Virus record (IMG/VR): IMGVR_UViG_3300011888_000001
Coordinates: 1 to 44,582 of that record
Length of the DNA stretch: 44,582 nucleotides
DNA from: a virus
Strand: one strand, 5' to 3'
Part shown: one piece after another, positions 14,412-23,406 of the stretch
Position numbering within the stretch: the stretch's first letter is position 1
How the letters are laid out: the number at the start of each line of letters is the position of its first letter
Notes under the pieces: model-generated
Seen by the model: only the letters and a program-made list of their open reading frames with translations
Told to the model about the DNA's origin: nothing
Database searches by the model: none
Made by a program: the position numbers and the translations under genes

Positions 14412-15032
14412 ATGAATACCGAATCGATGACTGAGGCACCCGAAGCCACCGCCACCGCACCCGCAAGCGAGGCAGCGAACGTCCAGTCCGACCCTGCGGC
14501 TACCCAACAGGCGCCTGCCACGCAAGCACCTGAAGCTGCAGCACAGCCCGCCGCGCAGCCCCAGGGCGCGCCCGAGAAGTACGAGTTCAGCTTGCCGGAA
14601 GGCTACCAGGCTGATTCTGCCGTCATGGACAAATTCCAGGGCATTGCCCGGGAACTGAACCTGACCCAGGAGCAGGCACAGAAACTGGTGGCACTGGACG
14701 CTGAGCGCGTCGCTGCATCGGGTGAAGCCCAAAAGGCGCAGTTCGCGCAGCAGGTTGAGGCTTGGGTAGGTGAGCTGAAGAACGACCAGACCTTCGGCGG
14801 CGCGAACTTCGACGGCAACGTCAAGGTGGCGCAGAAGGCCATGGCCGATTTCGGCACGCCAGAACTCAAGCAGATGTTGGAAACGTCAGGCCTAGGGAGC
14901 CATCCCGAAGTCGTCCGTCTCTTTCATCGTATAGGCCAGCAGCTGGGGGAGGGCGCCGTGCATCGCGAGAGCACGCAGGTCCCCGCCGCTCAGGGCTGGG
15001 CCCAACGCATGTATCCCGATATGAACTCCTAA
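14412..15032 (+). CDS. Scaffolding protein
   Basis: 206 aa, acidic and Ala/Gln/Glu-rich. Lies between the portal and major capsid genes. Confidence 0.65.
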   Translation: MNTESMTEAPEATATAPASEAANVQSDPAATQQAPATQAPEAAAQPAAQPQGAPEKYEFSLPEGYQADSAVMDKFQGIARELNLTQEQAQKLVALDAERVAASGEAQKAQFAQQVEAWVGELKNDQTFGGANFDGNVKVAQKAMADFGTPELKQMLETSGLGSHPEVVRLFHRIGQQLGEGAVHRESTQVPAAQGWAQRMYPDMNS

Positions 15033-15044
15033 GGAGCCACCACC

Positions 15045-16052
15045 ATGGCAGTAATCGGTACCAACCTGAAGACCCTGCTCGACTGGAGCCGGGAAGTGGG
15101 CGCGGATGGCAACATCTCCCCCGTCATCGAAGCCCTGAGCCAGGAGAACGAGATCCTGGACGACATGCTGTGGAAGGAGGGCAACCTGCCCACCGGCGAG
15201 CGCACCATCGTGCGTACCGGCCTGCCGCAGACCTACTGGCGGAAACTCAACATGGGTATCCCGTCCAGCAAGGCCACCAGCGTTCCCGTCGACGAAGCGG
15301 CCGGTATGCTCGAAGCCCGCAGCCACATCGACAAGGACCTGATGGAGCTGAACGGCAACAGCGCCCAGTTCCGCGCCAACGAGACCAGCGCCTTCCTGGA
15401 GTCAATGAGCCAGGAGTTCGCCCGCGCCCTGTTCTACGCGAACAGCAACGTCAACCCGGAAATGCCGATGGGGCTGGCCTCGCGCTTCCCCAACCTGGCC
15501 ACCAACGCCAACGGTCCGACCACCAAGTCGAACGTGATCAACGCTGGCGGCACCGGCACCAACAACACCTCGATCTGGCTGATCGGCTGGGGCCCGCGCT
15601 CCGTCTACGGCTTCTATCCCAAGGGTTCCCGTGCCGGCCTGGTGCGTGAAGACCTGGGTATCCAGGACGCCTTCGACGTCAGCAACAACCGCTTCCGCGC
15701 CTACATGGAACACTTCCAGTGGAAGTGCGGTGTCGCCGTGGCCGACTGGCGCTACGTGGTCCGCATCGCCAACATCGATGTGACCCAGCTCACCAAGAAC
15801 GCCGCTTCGGGCGCCGACCTCATCGACCTGATGACCCAGGGCCTGACCACCATCCACAGCCTGACCGGTGTGCGCCCGGTGTTCTACGCCAACCGCACCG
15901 TGCTCGGCGTGCTTCGCCGCCAAGCCGTCAACAAGGTGTCCGCCGGTACCCTGCGTATCGACGAGATCGCCGGCAAGCGCGTGGTGATGTTCGGCGAAGC
16001 CCCGGTTCGCCAGACCGACGCCATTCTCACCACTGAAGCCGCCCTGGTCTAA
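15045..16052 (+). CDS. Major capsid protein
   Basis: 335 aa. Position after the scaffold, strong codon bias and a size typical of HK97-fold coat proteins. Confidence 0.8.
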   Translation: MAVIGTNLKTLLDWSREVGADGNISPVIEALSQENEILDDMLWKEGNLPTGERTIVRTGLPQTYWRKLNMGIPSSKATSVPVDEAAGMLEARSHIDKDLMELNGNSAQFRANETSAFLESMSQEFARALFYANSNVNPEMPMGLASRFPNLATNANGPTTKSNVINAGGTGTNNTSIWLIGWGPRSVYGFYPKGSRAGLVREDLGIQDAFDVSNNRFRAYMEHFQWKCGVAVADWRYVVRIANIDVTQLTKNAASGADLIDLMTQGLTTIHSLTGVRPVFYANRTVLGVLRRQAVNKVSAGTLRIDEIAGKRVVMFGEAPVRQTDAILTTEAALV

Positions 16053-16062
16053 GGAGACAATC

Positions 16063-16509
16063 ATGATCCTCGACGTGCAAGCAGAGTTCTCCGACAGCCA
16101 GGTTGTCACTGGCACCGCTGTCTCCACCAACATCTACGACCAGGCGCCGCTGACTCGCAACACCGTCCGCGACCTGGGCTCGGGCATGGACTCCTTCCTG
16201 GTCCTGCAGGTCGACGCCGCGGCTGCTGCTGCCGGCGCCGCCACCGTGACCGTGACCCTGGAGTCGTCCACCACCGCCGACCTTGCCACCGCACCTACCG
16301 TGCACGCCACCTATGGCCCGTTCACCATCGCTCAGATGGCTGCTGGCCAGACGCTGATGCGCGCCGCGATCCCCTACGGTGCGTTCAAGCGCTACGTTGG
16401 CCTGCGCTACACCGTGGCCACCGGCCCGCTGACCGCTGGTTCGTTCTCTGCGTTCGTGACCAACAACCCGCAGGTCGATACCTACTACGCCCGTAACTAC
16501 ACGGTCTGA
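16063..16509 (+). CDS. Head decoration/cement protein (Bbp16-like, from memory)
   Basis: 148 aa with beta-rich composition, directly after the capsid gene. Confidence 0.55.
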   Translation: MILDVQAEFSDSQVVTGTAVSTNIYDQAPLTRNTVRDLGSGMDSFLVLQVDAAAAAAGAATVTVTLESSTTADLATAPTVHATYGPFTIAQMAAGQTLMRAAIPYGAFKRYVGLRYTVATGPLTAGSFSAFVTNNPQVDTYYARNYTV

Positions 16510-16517
16510 GGTGAGTC

Positions 16518-16997
16518 ATGGCTAAGTGGTACAAGGTCCTTGAGACCAGCTACATCAACGATGCCATCCGCGACCCTGGCGAGTTCGTTCAGGTCGACGG
16601 CCCTGTCGGCACCAACCTCGAAGAAGCATCGCTCGACGAGGTCCGGGCCGCCGGCAAGCAGGTCGATCAACCGGACGAAGACGTTCTGGAGAATCGCGAA
16701 GGCGAACTCAACCAGCGTGAATCCGAGATCAACGACCGCGAGAATCATCTGGAACAGCGCCGCCTGGAGCTGGAACAGCTGAGCGAGTCGCTCGACCAGC
16801 GCGCCCACGACCTGGACGCCCGCGAAAGGGAACTGGAAGCTCGCGAGAGCGATGAGTCGGACAAGCCGATCGAGAAGCAGAACGTGGCCGAGCTGCGTGA
16901 AACTGCTGCCGAGATGGGCGTTGAAGTCCCGGAAGGTGCCACCAAGGTGCAGATCCGCGAACTCATCAAGGCCAAGCAGGACGCCGCCGCGGAGTGA
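16518..16997 (+). CDS. Coiled-coil protein with C-terminal SAP/Rho-N-like motif (159 aa)
   Basis: Central heptad-like acidic region (NREGELNQRESEINDRENHLEQRRLELEQL...). C-terminal VAELRETAAEMGVEVPEGATKVQIRELI. The N-terminal 30 aa resemble the N-terminus of 32811..34223. Confidence 0.6.
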   Translation: MAKWYKVLETSYINDAIRDPGEFVQVDGPVGTNLEEASLDEVRAAGKQVDQPDEDVLENREGELNQRESEINDRENHLEQRRLELEQLSESLDQRAHDLDARERELEARESDESDKPIEKQNVAELRETAAEMGVEVPEGATKVQIRELIKAKQDAAAE

Positions 16998-17010
16998 TCC
17001 GCACCTGAAC

Positions 17011-17037
17011 AGGGGCCTTCGGGCCCCTTTCTTTTTG
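17011..17037 (+). terminator. Intrinsic terminator after the head module
   Basis: AGGGGCC-ttcg-GGCCCCT followed by TTCTTTTTG. Confidence 0.8.
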
Positions 17038-17071
17038 CCCCACATTCCACAAAACCACCTTGGAGGTGGAT

Positions 17072-17359
17072 ATGAACGAGCAAGCAAACACTGTTGAGGC
17101 AATCGAAGTAGAGCCTGTCAGAGCAATCCCGGCTGTCATGGCGCGCATAAAGCTGGAGTTGAATTCTTTTGGTGTTTTGCAGGCGGCGCTGGGCGTGAAG
17201 ATTTCGCCAATCTCTTCGAAGGCAGAGTTCGACACCGGAGACAAGCCTGCCTACCCAGCTCAGATTTCAACGCACGCTGACGATCTCGAACAAATTGCGT
17301 ATCGCCTTTCTGAATACAACCGGTACATGCATCACCTGCTGGACAACCTGGAAATCTGA
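17072..17359 (+). CDS. Hypothetical protein (95 aa), low-GC cassette between head and tail genes
   Basis: GGAGG at 17062-17066, ATG at 17072. Codon usage is visibly more A/T-rich than the flanking genes. Bracketed by hairpin/T-run elements. Confidence 0.6.
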   Translation: MNEQANTVEAIEVEPVRAIPAVMARIKLELNSFGVLQAALGVKISPISSKAEFDTGDKPAYPAQISTHADDLEQIAYRLSEYNRYMHHLLDNLEI

Positions 17360-17366
17360 TTGCTCG

Positions 17367-17387
17367 TGCCAGGGACGGCATTTTTTT
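17367..17387 (+). terminator. Weak terminator-like element
   Basis: TGCC-agggac-GGCA followed by TTTTTTT. The stem is only 4 bp. Confidence 0.35.
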
Positions 17388-17397
17388 GAGGTGATGT

Positions 17398-18030
17398 ATG
17401 GCTAGCGTAGTAGACATCTGCAACATGGCACTGAGCCGGATCGGCAATAGTCAGCGTATCGACTCGCTGTCCGAGCGCAGCATCCAGGCCGAGCAGTGCT
17501 CCCTGTTCTTCGAGCAGACCAGAGACACTGTGTTGCGCGACTTCAACTGGCCCTTTGCCACCAAATTCGTCCAGCTGGCCCAGGTTTCGGTGAACCCCAA
17601 TCCCGCGGGTGAGCTGAGCTACGGCTACCCGGTGGACTGCCTGCTGGCCCGCAAGATCGTGAATGCGATCTTTTCGGTCAATTACTACCCCTACGACTGC
17701 GGCTACTACGACCTGCCGCAGATCCCGGCGATTCCGTTCCGGATCATCCAGGGGGACTCAACTCGCCTCATCTCCACCAGCGTGACCCCGGCCACCCTGG
17801 AGTACACCGCCCGCATCACCGATGCCGGTCAGTTCGATCCGCTGTTCGTGTCTGCCCTGGCCTGGAAGCTGGGAGTTGAGCTGTGCCTGCCGCTCGCCAA
17901 GGAGCAGAGCATCGCCCAGTCGTGCGAGCAGCAGTACCAGATCATCCTGGCATCGGCCCGGGCTCAGGCGCTCAACGAGGGCGCGCCCAACCGCATGCCT
18001 GAATCCTCCTTCATCACTGGCCGCTACTGA
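17398..18030 (+). CDS. Tail tubular protein A-position protein (T7 gp11-like by synteny)
   Basis: 210 aa, immediately upstream of and overlapping (ATGA) a 767-aa protein, as with T7 gp11/gp12. Confidence 0.6.
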   Translation: MASVVDICNMALSRIGNSQRIDSLSERSIQAEQCSLFFEQTRDTVLRDFNWPFATKFVQLAQVSVNPNPAGELSYGYPVDCLLARKIVNAIFSVNYYPYDCGYYDLPQIPAIPFRIIQGDSTRLISTSVTPATLEYTARITDAGQFDPLFVSALAWKLGVELCLPLAKEQSIAQSCEQQYQIILASARAQALNEGAPNRMPESSFITGRY

Positions 18031-20333
18031 TGACCGAGACCATCCAGCCGTCGTTCTCCGCCGGGGAACTGGCGCCGTCGACCTTCGCCCGCGTGGACCT
18101 GGCGCGCTACTACACCGGCCTGCGCACCTGCCGCAACTTCATGGTGATGCCTGAGGGGGGCGTGCGTAATCGCGCTGGAACCCAGTTCATCGCTCAGGCC
18201 AAGTACCCGGACCGCAAGTGTCGGCTGATTCCGTTCGAGTTCAGCACCGAGCAGACCTACGTCCTGGAGTTCGGCCACCAGTACATCCGCTTTATCACCA
18301 ATGGCGGCTATCTGCTGAACATCGGCCAGATCTTCGAGATCTCCACGCCCTACGTGGAAGCCGACCTGTTCAACCTGAATTACACCCAGTCTGCCGACGT
18401 GCTGACCATCGCTCACCCTGGCTACGCGCCGCGGGAACTCAAGCGCATGGGAGCCACCAGCTGGTCCCTGAGCGAGATCAGCTTCGTGCCTTCGATCTCT
18501 GCTCCTGCCGGGCTGACCGCTACGGCGCGCACGGGCGGGGAGGGTGCGACCACCCAGTATCGCTACCGGGTCACTGCGGTCTCCACCCTGGAGTCTGCCG
18601 AAGAGTCACTGGCCTCCGAGCCTGCCTCGGTCAACAGCTTCGACAACAAAGCCGGCGCCGAGCTGTCGTGGACCGCTGTAGCGGGGTCGGACCATTACAA
18701 CGTCTACAAGGAGAACAACGGCTCGGGTATCTTCGGCTTCATCGGCCAGGCTGACGGGACCACGTTCACCGACAACAACATCAACCCCGAGAAGGACGAC
18801 ACGCCACCTACTGGTGAGAATCCTTTCGCCAATGGCAACAATCCGGGGGTGGTGGGCTACTACCAGCAGCGCCTGGTGTTCGCTGCCAGTGATGCTAATC
18901 CGCAGACCGTGTGGATGAGCCGGACCGGCGCGTTCCATAACTTCGGCTACTCCACGCCGACCAAGGACGACGACGCGATCACCTTCACCCTGGCCTCCCG
19001 CCAGGTGAACCGCATTCGCCACCTGGTGCCGCTGCGTGAGCTGCTGCTGCTGACCTCTGGCGCCGAGTGGACCATCAGCGGCGACAGCTCCGGCCTGACC
19101 GCATCCAACGTCCAGGCGCAGGTGCAGAGCTATATCGGCGCCAGCACTGTGCTGCCGGCGGTGTATGGCAATACCGCGCTGTACGTCCAGGCCCGCGGGC
19201 AGAAGCTTGCCGACCTGCAGTACTCCTACACCAGCGATGGTTTCCAGGGTCAGGACCTGACCGTGCTGTCGTCCCACCTGGTGCGCGGGTTCGAGATTAA
19301 GGACATGACCCTGGCCCAGGTGCCGAACAGCTGCCTGTGGATCATCCGGTCGGACGGCGCCATGCTGGGCTTCACCTACCTACCGTCTCAAGAGGTCTTC
19401 AGCTGGCACCGCCACGACACCGACGGCAAGTTCGAGGCCATCGCCTCTGTACCTGAGGGTGACGAGGACGCCGTGTACCTGGTGGTCAATCGCTTCGTGG
19501 ATGGGGCGTCGCGCCGCTACATCGAGCGCCTGGCCTCTCGCCAGTTGGCCGTGCCGGGCACCGAGTCGGTACTTGATCGCGCGTTCTTCGTGGACAGCGG
19601 GCTGACCTACGACGGTCGCCAGGCCGCCAAGGCAACCCTGAGCAATGGGACCGACTGGAAATACCCCAACCCCCTGATCCTGACGACCGATGCCGATAGC
19701 TTCACCCAGGCATCCGTGGGCAAGACTATGACCCTGCGCGCCAGCAACGGCGACAACATCCGGGTCGATGTGAAGGGGATCAGCAATCCCCGCAGCGCCA
19801 GCGTGATTCCCAAGAGCATCGTGCCGGAATCGCTGCGCAACGTGCCGGCCCAGTCCTGGGGGAGCGCTCAGACGGTGCTGTCCGGCCTGGACCACCTCGA
19901 GGGCAAGACCGTCAGCATCCTGGCTGATGGCAATGTGGCGCCGCAGCGGGTCGTCACCAATGGATCCGTCACCCTGCAGTCGCCTGCCATCCTGGCCTGC
20001 ATTGGCCTGCCGATCACCAGCGACTTCGAGACCCTGGACCTCAGCATCCAGAACCAACCGAACTTCCTTGGCAACAAAAAGCGCATCAACAGCGTGACCG
20101 TGCTGTGCGAGGAAAGCCGCGGCGTGTTCGCCGGCACCGACGTCGCCCACCTGTACGAGTACAAGCAGCGCGGCGACGAGTACTACAGCGAGCCGATCCC
20201 GGCTACCACGGGGCGGTTCGAGATCCCAATCAGCTCCACCTGGAACGATGCTGGACGGTTCTTCATCCGCCAGACCGATCCCCTTCCTATCACCATCCTG
20301 GGGGTCATGTTCAATGTCCAAGCAGGCGGCTGA
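18030..20333 (+). CDS. Tail tubular protein B-position protein (T7 gp12-like by synteny)
   Basis: 767 aa (T7 gp12 is about 790 aa, from memory). Synteny with gp13/14/15/16-position genes downstream. Confidence 0.6.
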   Translation: MTETIQPSFSAGELAPSTFARVDLARYYTGLRTCRNFMVMPEGGVRNRAGTQFIAQAKYPDRKCRLIPFEFSTEQTYVLEFGHQYIRFITNGGYLLNIGQIFEISTPYVEADLFNLNYTQSADVLTIAHPGYAPRELKRMGATSWSLSEISFVPSISAPAGLTATARTGGEGATTQYRYRVTAVSTLESAEESLASEPASVNSFDNKAGAELSWTAVAGSDHYNVYKENNGSGIFGFIGQADGTTFTDNNINPEKDDTPPTGENPFANGNNPGVVGYYQQRLVFAASDANPQTVWMSRTGAFHNFGYSTPTKDDDAITFTLASRQVNRIRHLVPLRELLLLTSGAEWTISGDSSGLTASNVQAQVQSYIGASTVLPAVYGNTALYVQARGQKLADLQYSYTSDGFQGQDLTVLSSHLVRGFEIKDMTLAQVPNSCLWIIRSDGAMLGFTYLPSQEVFSWHRHDTDGKFEAIASVPEGDEDAVYLVVNRFVDGASRRYIERLASRQLAVPGTESVLDRAFFVDSGLTYDGRQAAKATLSNGTDWKYPNPLILTTDADSFTQASVGKTMTLRASNGDNIRVDVKGISNPRSASVIPKSIVPESLRNVPAQSWGSAQTVLSGLDHLEGKTVSILADGNVAPQRVVTNGSVTLQSPAILACIGLPITSDFETLDLSIQNQPNFLGNKKRINSVTVLCEESRGVFAGTDVAHLYEYKQRGDEYYSEPIPATTGRFEIPISSTWNDAGRFFIRQTDPLPITILGVMFNVQAGG

Positions 20334-20790
20334 ACTGGTGCCGGTTGAACCCTGGCACATCCGATACGTGAAGCAGCACATGCGCCAGGCTGACCGTCTG
20401 GAGCTTGAGGCTGTGCGCGGCTGGAGCGCCGAGGAAGAGCTGGACCACGCGATCCACTCCACCGAGCACGCCCGGGCCTGCGTCTACTACGGCAAGGTCT
20501 TGGCGATCTTCGGCGACACCAAGTACGACCGCTTCTTCGGTCTGCCGTGGATGGTCAGCAGCGACGCCATCGTCGAGCACGCGAGACCCTTTTTGGCTGA
20601 GTGCCGCGGCGTGATAGAAGACATGCAGAGCCGGCATGCTCACCTGATTAACTTCGCTGATGCCCGAAACACCCTGGCGATCCGCTGGCTGAAGTGGCTC
20701 GGTTTCAAATTCGAAAACCCGACGCCCTATGGCGCGCAGGGTCTCCCGTTTCACGCGTTCCACATGGAGGGCACCGCATGTGTGCAGTAG
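20314..20790 (+). CDS. Internal virion protein A-position protein (T7 gp13-like by synteny)
   Basis: In-frame ATG 20314 (MSKQAAELVPVEPW...). The track start at 20248 would overlap the previous gene by 86 nt. Confidence 0.5.
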   Translation: MSKQAAELVPVEPWHIRYVKQHMRQADRLELEAVRGWSAEEELDHAIHSTEHARACVYYGKVLAIFGDTKYDRFFGLPWMVSSDAIVEHARPFLAECRGVIEDMQSRHAHLINFADARNTLAIRWLKWLGFKFENPTPYGAQGLPFHAFHMEGTACVQ

Positions 20791-21281
20791 CCGCAATCCC
20801 ATTCATCGCAATGGGTGTGTCCGCGCTGATGAGCGCGCAGCAGAACAAGCAGGCCGGTGAGGCTTCTTCGGCTGCCAACATGCAGAACGCTGCGATCTCG
20901 CGCATCCAGGCCAACGATGCCGTTGACCGTGGTGAGTTCGAAGCCGACCAGCAGCGCCTCAAGACCCGCGCCGCCATCGGTACCCAGCGCGCTGGTTTCG
21001 CCGGCAATGGCGTGGACGTGAACAGCGGCTCGGCTGCTCTGGTGCAGGACGACACCGCGGCCCTGGGCGAGCTGGATGCCCTGACCATCCGCAACAACGC
21101 AGCTCGCGAGGCCTGGGGCTACAACGTCCAGGCGGATCAGTACATCCAAGCCGCAGGAAACGCCAAGAAATCCGCCAACAACGCCATCATGGGTGGGCTG
21201 GTCAGCACCGGCGCCAAGGCCGCGTCGACCTACGCCGGCGGCTACAGCGGCAACAGCTCCCTCCTGACTTCGAGAGCCTGA
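20778..21281 (+). CDS. Internal virion protein B (T7 gp14-like)
   Basis: GGAGGG at 20766-20771, ATG at 20778. The N-terminus MCAVAAIPFIAMGVSALMSAQQN resembles the recalled T7 gp14 N-terminus MCWAAAIPIAISGAQAISGQN (needs verification). Confidence 0.6.
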   Translation: MCAVAAIPFIAMGVSALMSAQQNKQAGEASSAANMQNAAISRIQANDAVDRGEFEADQQRLKTRAAIGTQRAGFAGNGVDVNSGSAALVQDDTAALGELDALTIRNNAAREAWGYNVQADQYIQAAGNAKKSANNAIMGGLVSTGAKAASTYAGGYSGNSSLLTSRA

Positions 21282-21282
21282 C

Positions 21283-23406
21283 ATGCCCAGCGTCCCCCAG
21301 TACAACCGCCAGGTAGGCCTGCAGGGCATCCAGGCGCCGCGCATTCAGGCTGACGTGGCCGATGGGTCTGCCATCGTTCAGGCAGCCAATGACGTCGCCA
21401 ACTCAGCAAATCGGATCTACCAGCAGCAGCGCGAGCAGGCGGACACCACTGCGCTGATAAACGCCGACAACCAGCTGACCACCTGGCAGAACGATGCTCT
21501 GTTCAATCAGCAGTCTGGCGCCTTCACCCTCAAGGGCAAGAACGCGCTCAATGTCACCCAGAACACCCTGACTTCGTTCGACCAGCAGACCCAGCAGATC
21601 ACCCAGTCGCTGAGCAACGACCAGCAGCGCGCGCGCTTCAACCAGATCGCCCAGCGCCGCAAGGATTCGCTGTCCCAGGACCTAAACCGGTACGAGTACC
21701 AGCAGCACCAATCCTACATGGACGACGTGGACAATGCGTCCGTGAAGCTGTCGATCGACTCGGCTGCGCTGAACTTCAACGATCCGAAATCCGTTGGCCA
21801 GTATCGTGACAAGGCCATGGCCGTGATCGATTCCCGCGCCGAGCGCCTTGGCTGGTCGCCGGAAGAAACCCAGCTGCAGAAGCTCAACGCCAGCTCCAAG
21901 CTCCTGACCGGCGTAGTAGGTCGGATGGCTGAGGCCAACCCCAACGCTGCCCAGAAGTACCTGGACGGCGCCCGGGAAGGTATGACCGCTGATGACCAGC
22001 TTCGGGTCGGCAACGCCATTCAGCGCGAGATCAAGCAGCGGGAAATTGAAGCCCGCCAGCTGCAGGCCATCGCTCGGCAGGAGTTGTCCACCCGCGTGCA
22101 GGACGCCCAGGCCGCCTACCTGTCGGGCTTCGACTACGCCAATGCTCCGAGCCGCGGTGAGTTCGTTGCTGCAATGGGTGGTGATAAAGGGAACGAGGCT
22201 TATAACCAGTTCGCCAAAATGCAGGGTGTGGGTACCGCGATTCGTGAGCTCGCCTCGGCCAGTCCTGAAGAGCGCGCCCAGATCCTGGATCGCTACCAGC
22301 CGGCGCCGGGTGGCGTAGCCGGTGAGGGCTTCCGCCAGGACGCCCACATCTACGGCACCCTGCTGAACTCGGCCAGTCGCCTGCTCAAGCAACAGCAGCA
22401 GGACCCGGCGGCCTATGTGTCGCAGTACAGCCCCGCCGTCCAGCAGGCCTACCAGGTGGCAGCGCAAGCGAATACCCCAGAGGCCTGGAATGCCTACGCC
22501 CAGGCTAGCGTGGCCGAGCAGCGCCGGCTGGGTGTTGAGAAGCCCAAGCTGCTGAGCGACGACGCTGCTGCCCAGATCGCCAGTCAGTTCAGCGACACTA
22601 CTGACGGCGGCGACAGTGCCACCAAGCGGATCCAGTCCCTGCAGCAGCAGTGGGGCAAGAACTGGCCGACCGTCTTTTCCCAGCTGCAGGACAAGCTCCC
22701 GGGCGCCGCACTGGTGATTGGCACCGGTGTAGATGTCCAGACCTCGAACCTGCTGGCCCGTGTGGCTCCGCTCAAGACCAGTGAGCTCAAGGAAAGCCTG
22801 CCGGCCGCCGACGCCAAGGATGCCAAAGAGGCCTTGCAAGAGCAGATGGCGCCGTTCCGCACCACCCTGTACAGCCAGGTTGGCGGCGAGCGCACCTTCG
22901 GGACCATCTACGAGCAAGCTGAGCGTCTGGCCTACACTTACATGGGGCAGGGCGTGAAAGCCAAGGATGCCGTCGAGCGCGCCGTGTCATCCCTGGTCAC
23001 CGACAAGTACGAGATCAAGGACACCTACCGGGTGCCCAAGGGTGTTGACGCCGGCGCGGTCGAGCACGGCGCCAACCTAGCCAAGAGCAGCATCAACCTG
23101 GATGACGTGAACTTCGCCATCCCCAAAGGCCTGGATGCCAACTTCGCCAAGGAGCGAGTCAAGGGTGCGCTGGAGCGCGATGGTTACTGGGTCACCACGC
23201 CTGACGAGACAGGCCTGGCCCTGTACTTCGGGGGTGAAGCGGTACTGGACAAGTCTGGCAAGCCGATCACCCGCAGCTTCGACCAACTGGCCGGTGAGGC
23301 CGCGAAGACGCCCGGCATCCTGGACCGTCTGAAGTCCGGCACCTTCAATCGGCCGGCACAGCAGCCGGCTTCCGTTGAACGCTACATGCCCTGGCTGAAC
23401 CAATGA
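21283..23406 (+). CDS. Internal virion/ejection protein (gp15-position, 707 aa)
   Basis: Gln-rich and helical. Size and order match T7 gp15. Confidence 0.55.
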   Translation: MPSVPQYNRQVGLQGIQAPRIQADVADGSAIVQAANDVANSANRIYQQQREQADTTALINADNQLTTWQNDALFNQQSGAFTLKGKNALNVTQNTLTSFDQQTQQITQSLSNDQQRARFNQIAQRRKDSLSQDLNRYEYQQHQSYMDDVDNASVKLSIDSAALNFNDPKSVGQYRDKAMAVIDSRAERLGWSPEETQLQKLNASSKLLTGVVGRMAEANPNAAQKYLDGAREGMTADDQLRVGNAIQREIKQREIEARQLQAIARQELSTRVQDAQAAYLSGFDYANAPSRGEFVAAMGGDKGNEAYNQFAKMQGVGTAIRELASASPEERAQILDRYQPAPGGVAGEGFRQDAHIYGTLLNSASRLLKQQQQDPAAYVSQYSPAVQQAYQVAAQANTPEAWNAYAQASVAEQRRLGVEKPKLLSDDAAAQIASQFSDTTDGGDSATKRIQSLQQQWGKNWPTVFSQLQDKLPGAALVIGTGVDVQTSNLLARVAPLKTSELKESLPAADAKDAKEALQEQMAPFRTTLYSQVGGERTFGTIYEQAERLAYTYMGQGVKAKDAVERAVSSLVTDKYEIKDTYRVPKGVDAGAVEHGANLAKSSINLDDVNFAIPKGLDANFAKERVKGALERDGYWVTTPDETGLALYFGGEAVLDKSGKPITRSFDQLAGEAAKTPGILDRLKSGTFNRPAQQPASVERYMPWLNQ

